Shown here: positions 25,531 to 28,993 of the stretch, piece after piece
How the letters are laid out: every line of letters begins with the position of its first letter
Position numbering within the stretch: position 1 is the stretch's first letter
IMG/VR virus record: IMGVR_UViG_3300008255_000377
Location: 1-28,993 of that record
DNA length: 28,993 nt
DNA from: a virus
Taxonomy: Duplodnaviria > Caudoviricetes
Direction: 5' to 3' (one strand)
The notes under the pieces: generated by a model
What the model saw: the letters and a program-made list of their open reading frames with translations, nothing else
The model's database searches: none
Told to the model about the DNA's origin: nothing
Program-made: the position numbers and the translations under genes

Positions 25531-25763
25531 TGGCTGTCGAGCGAATCAATGACCTACGGGCTGCTATCCTCGCTAATCTAAGGAAACAGGACGGAGAAGC
25601 ATTCAAGACTTCCATATTGTCCAGTGATAAGGATATTCAGAGCTTACTAGATGCTCTAGATAGTGGTGCTCCTATTACCGTCGAAGAAGGGACGAATAGT
25701 AGCGGGCAGGTAAAGTTCCTAGTCGGTATTTCTAAGGTTGGTGGGAGTCACGTAGTAGGCTGA
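25530..25763 (+). CDS. Small tail-associated protein
   Basis: 77 aa with TAATG coupling; ends FLVGISKVGGSHVVG. Confidence 0.6.
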   Translation: MAVERINDLRAAILANLRKQDGEAFKTSILSSDKDIQSLLDALDSGAPITVEEGTNSSGQVKFLVGISKVGGSHVVG

Positions 25764-25765
25764 TT

Positions 25766-27754
25766 ATGAATGGAATCCAATGCCTGATTGACCTCGATTG
25801 GCTCTCTAGTGACCACATCGTTAGAGTTGAGTGGGTATTCTTTATCCAAGGGAAGAGTCTGCAGGTCACCTATGGGTGTGGTAAGTTTGGGATGACCTAC
25901 GCCGCTGGCTCTAAGTACTGGCCACCTGTTCAATCTAACCCTGGTATAACACTGACTCCTGACGCCTCGGGGGCTTACTTAGGTTGGGGTAGACCCTTGT
26001 ACATGGATAGGGCCGTTTGGCCTTTATCTGGGGAAGGGGTCCAGCAGCAGGCGAACAGTCCATACCCCTACGGCTACCTGACGCAGTATGGATATAAATT
26101 CCCGAAGGTTGTGACTGGGACAGAGTCAGATGATAATATCCTACTGACTTTATACATTGATGGGAACAACACTACTATAAGCTGCAACGGTATGACGTTG
26201 ACTACTCAATTGTTCCCGGACTTAGCGGATAGTGATTCCTTCATACCTTGGGGATTAGTTGGCACCGAGACAGTACCACTGACTCCGGACCAGGGAAGTA
26301 TCCACGAACTGCAGCCGGACCTCTCCATCATTTCATGTAATCTTTCAATCTTCAATCAGGGGGGACAATCATTAGTCTACCCTGGTGGGACACAGTCTGC
26401 TTCTTATTGGTACGGTGACACATTTGCACAGATTAATTCAATTACATGGTCACGGTATACCCCGACAGATGATAGTGCTTACTTAACTAAAGTTAATACA
26501 GCGGTTACTTATGATAACCGGCTATCACACCCTGCAATATTGAAGACTGGTTATTGGTACAGTGGTGGAGCTCACTTAGTAGACCTACAGGACGGGGTGG
26601 TGGCTGATACCGAGGGTAGCCTCGTGGCTCCACTCTCAGGTTCATGGAGTCAGACTTACCAATTTCCGTCTATGTACCCAGGGCGAGGGTTCACTAGTTT
26701 CCCAACTGGGGCGGAGTCAGTCTTCCGCAGTATTATTTCAGGTAGTAGTAATGTGTTGCAGTTCTTCTCTCGTCAAAGTGAGGACTCCGAGTGGGTAGCT
26801 AAGACGGGATTCACTGAAGGGAGCGCTAATGTTATCCCTAAGTTCCTGGCGCAGGACAACACAACGGACCAAGCTACTTGGGATGATTACCAGTGGGGGA
26901 AGAAATACACTACTCTGTACTCCATCGACACTTTCGGAAATAACTTCACCCAGTGTGCGGTAGACCACCAACTACTAGCTAAGGGTCCCCGTACCCCCAC
27001 TGTCCTTGGGTATCGTAATCGGTGGGACGCTAATATATCCAACACCTTTACCTCCCTGTCTTATTCGTCCACCTACACGGACAATATGTCGGAGAACTTA
27101 AAGCAGTTGAGGTATTGGGCAAACGATGACCTGCTATCTACATCATACCGTTACACCTTCCCGATGTCTGACTTCTACTTTGATGGCCGTCTTGACCTAG
27201 GTGCATGTGGGGTAGTTGGGGACCCAGATTATGGTACCAGTTCAACTACCGCTGTTGCTTTCTGTAACAGTCTAGGGAGTACAACAACCATCGCCACTAT
27301 AAGTGGTGGCTATGTGGAGCCCTGGCTATGGCAGCACGATGATGGTACTTGGGTTGTGAATTGGTTTAATGATGGAGACTTTTTCTCCTATAAAGGGAGC
27401 GACAGATTAGGGGGAACCTTTACAGAATATCACACCCAAGTTGGGGACTATAACCTCCACAATATCCAGAAGCTCCGACTATCTAATGGGGCAGAGATTA
27501 TAGCTGGTTTCTCAACCACCGCAGGTACTCTATCCTCCACCTTAACGGGTTATTACAGGACGGGGTGGACGGAGGATTGGCAGGGTCCTTACCTTAATAG
27601 TTCCCAAGACTACCCACTGCCACTCTATATCACGGAACGGACTACTGGAGATGTTGAGCTGGGGATGTGGGACTATTCTACAGCCACCTGGTCCCAATGG
27701 ACGACTAATGACTCTCAGCAGGACCTGACAGCGTGGGATTCATTTACACCATAA
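25766..27754 (+). CDS. Minor tail / receptor-binding protein
   Basis: 662 aa, rich in Thr, Ser, Gly, Tyr and Trp, within the tail module. Confidence 0.55.
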   Translation: MNGIQCLIDLDWLSSDHIVRVEWVFFIQGKSLQVTYGCGKFGMTYAAGSKYWPPVQSNPGITLTPDASGAYLGWGRPLYMDRAVWPLSGEGVQQQANSPYPYGYLTQYGYKFPKVVTGTESDDNILLTLYIDGNNTTISCNGMTLTTQLFPDLADSDSFIPWGLVGTETVPLTPDQGSIHELQPDLSIISCNLSIFNQGGQSLVYPGGTQSASYWYGDTFAQINSITWSRYTPTDDSAYLTKVNTAVTYDNRLSHPAILKTGYWYSGGAHLVDLQDGVVADTEGSLVAPLSGSWSQTYQFPSMYPGRGFTSFPTGAESVFRSIISGSSNVLQFFSRQSEDSEWVAKTGFTEGSANVIPKFLAQDNTTDQATWDDYQWGKKYTTLYSIDTFGNNFTQCAVDHQLLAKGPRTPTVLGYRNRWDANISNTFTSLSYSSTYTDNMSENLKQLRYWANDDLLSTSYRYTFPMSDFYFDGRLDLGACGVVGDPDYGTSSTTAVAFCNSLGSTTTIATISGGYVEPWLWQHDDGTWVVNWFNDGDFFSYKGSDRLGGTFTEYHTQVGDYNLHNIQKLRLSNGAEIIAGFSTTAGTLSSTLTGYYRTGWTEDWQGPYLNSSQDYPLPLYITERTTGDVELGMWDYSTATWSQWTTNDSQQDLTAWDSFTP

Positions 27755-27796
27755 TCACTAGGAATTGGCTATCTATAGGACCAGACGAGGTATAAA

Positions 27797-28993
27797 ATGG
27801 CATACTCAACTAGGATAGGACTTAATCTTACATCAGCTGCGGATAATACTGTTATCGCGTCCGACCTTAATCAGGTTATACGCCAGAAGATTGCTATCGC
27901 TCGGTCACTTTACCGCATTTATGATAATGCCGAGGGATTCCTTAGTGGTGGAGCGCTAGTCTTTGCTGATTTACCAACAGGGACAAGTTATCCTCCGTTC
28001 TGTCTGATGATGTTAGATGATGCGGGAGAGGTCTGGCTTTTTGACACGACAGCTAACGCTACCATAGACTTCTCTGCATATACCACTGGTACCGGATACT
28101 TGTGGGCCGTGATTGACTTAGACTCGACGAACTATACCTCGGACTATCCAGCGAAAGGTTCGAGGACGGATGTACTCCTACAAGTTAGGGATAACGGGGT
28201 TATCCCAGCTAATGGTCTGCTGATAGGAACTGGTGCTGTTACCGCTTCGGCTTTCACCACCTTCACTGGCACTGCTAGTATCTCACTCTCACTGGGAACT
28301 GGTATAACTTGGGGTGATGGTCTCGTCTTCGCTAACCCCACGGCAGCGGTAGACTACAACACCACTAACCTAAAGATTACAGCGAATCAGCTGAACACTA
28401 CCCAGGATATTGCCACTACCTCCGCCCCTACCTTTGCTAGTCTTTCGCTCTCTAACCTAACAGCTACTCGTATTCCATACTCCACAACTGGTGGAAAGTT
28501 AATTGACTCGGCATCTATGGTTTTTGATACCACTAATGGAATCAAGCTAGCTGCAGGTTCAGCTTCCGCTTTAAATCTAACGAGTACAGCAGGCACAGCA
28601 GTTGGTGGTTTACTTCTAGGCTCAGATGTTACACTTTACCGTTCAGCGGCAGATATCCTCAAGACTGATGATGCCTTCCACTGCTCAAAGGCTCAGATAA
28701 ATGTTGCAGCCGCTGGCGAATTCCTGACTATATCTGCCAACCTCAATGATGAAGCCAATTTCCAATTCACGAATACTAGTACTGGCGCATCAGCCCAGGC
28801 TAAGTATAAATGGGATGTAGGGACAATTGGTTGGCAGCAAATTATCAATGGTTCAGGACTTGGCGGTGGTAATGCTGACCAGATGTGGTTTTATAGCAAC
28901 ACTTTAGCTGACGTTGTATTGAAGTTGTTGCCAACTGGGAATGTTTATATCACCGGGGATTGTTCAGCGTTGTCGTTCACAGACAGAACGCCA
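27797..28993 (+). CDS. Tail fibre protein, N-terminal part (469 aa in total, continuing through 1..276)
   Basis: ATG at 27797 with GAGG RBS. I translated an open frame MAYSTRIGLNL...QDIATTSAPTFASL...LYRSAADILKTDD...LKLLP to the window end. The ORF track misses it because it has no stop inside the linear window. Confidence 0.85.
   Translation, partial: MAYSTRIGLNLTSAADNTVIASDLNQVIRQKIAIARSLYRIYDNAEGFLSGGALVFADLPTGTSYPPFCLMMLDDAGEVWLFDTTANATIDFSAYTTGTGYLWAVIDLDSTNYTSDYPAKGSRTDVLLQVRDNGVIPANGLLIGTGAVTASAFTTFTGTASISLSLGTGITWGDGLVFANPTAAVDYNTTNLKITANQLNTTQDIATTSAPTFASLSLSNLTATRIPYSTTGGKLIDSASMVFDTTNGIKLAAGSASALNLTSTAGTAVGGLLLGSDVTLYRSAADILKTDDAFHCSKAQINVAAAGEFLTISANLNDEANFQFTNTSTGASAQAKYKWDVGTIGWQQIINGSGLGGGNADQMWFYSNTLADVVLKLLPTGNVYITGDCSALSFTDRTP
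28931..28993. repeat. Terminal direct repeat, right copy
   Basis: Identical to bases 1-63. Confidence 0.97.

Noticed and set aside
23221-28993. Diversity-generating retroelement or invertible tail-fibre cassette
   Set aside because: No reverse transcriptase, invertase or TR/VR repeat pair was seen.
1-28993. Stop-codon reassignment, CRISPR array, tRNA genes
   Set aside because: Genes tile densely under the standard code with TAA, TAG and TGA all used as stops. No regularly spaced repeats or cloverleaf genes were seen.

Overview
This window appears to be a complete, circularly assembled 28,930-bp tailed phage genome: bases 1-63 are identical to 28931-28993, and a tail-fibre ORF reads in frame across the join. 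A short minus-strand block (1265-4701) encodes an AEP primase-type replication protein, a tandem-domain protein, an Xis/MerR-like HTH protein and small ORFs. The replication gene sits behind a near-consensus sigma70 promoter and a highly structured leader that looks like an antisense-controlled attenuator. The plus strand carries a modification block (GT4, PD-(D/E)XK nuclease, degenerate HNH-AP2, SAM methyltransferase, GT2, stand-alone AP2, non-canonical radical SAM/SPASM). It then carries terminase and Mu-like head genes, with a third glycosyltransferase between portal and protease, followed by siphovirus-type tail genes and a small putative lysis module. I saw no integrase, transposase, DNA polymerase, helicase, tRNA or CRISPR array. 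The main hypotheses are (1) a virion glycosylation/tailoring system including an unusual His-substituted radical SAM enzyme, (2) plasmid-like antisense/attenuation control of replication, suggesting a phage-plasmid, and (3) strong selection behind the apparent total absence of GATC. All protein calls come from motif recognition by eye, not database searches.
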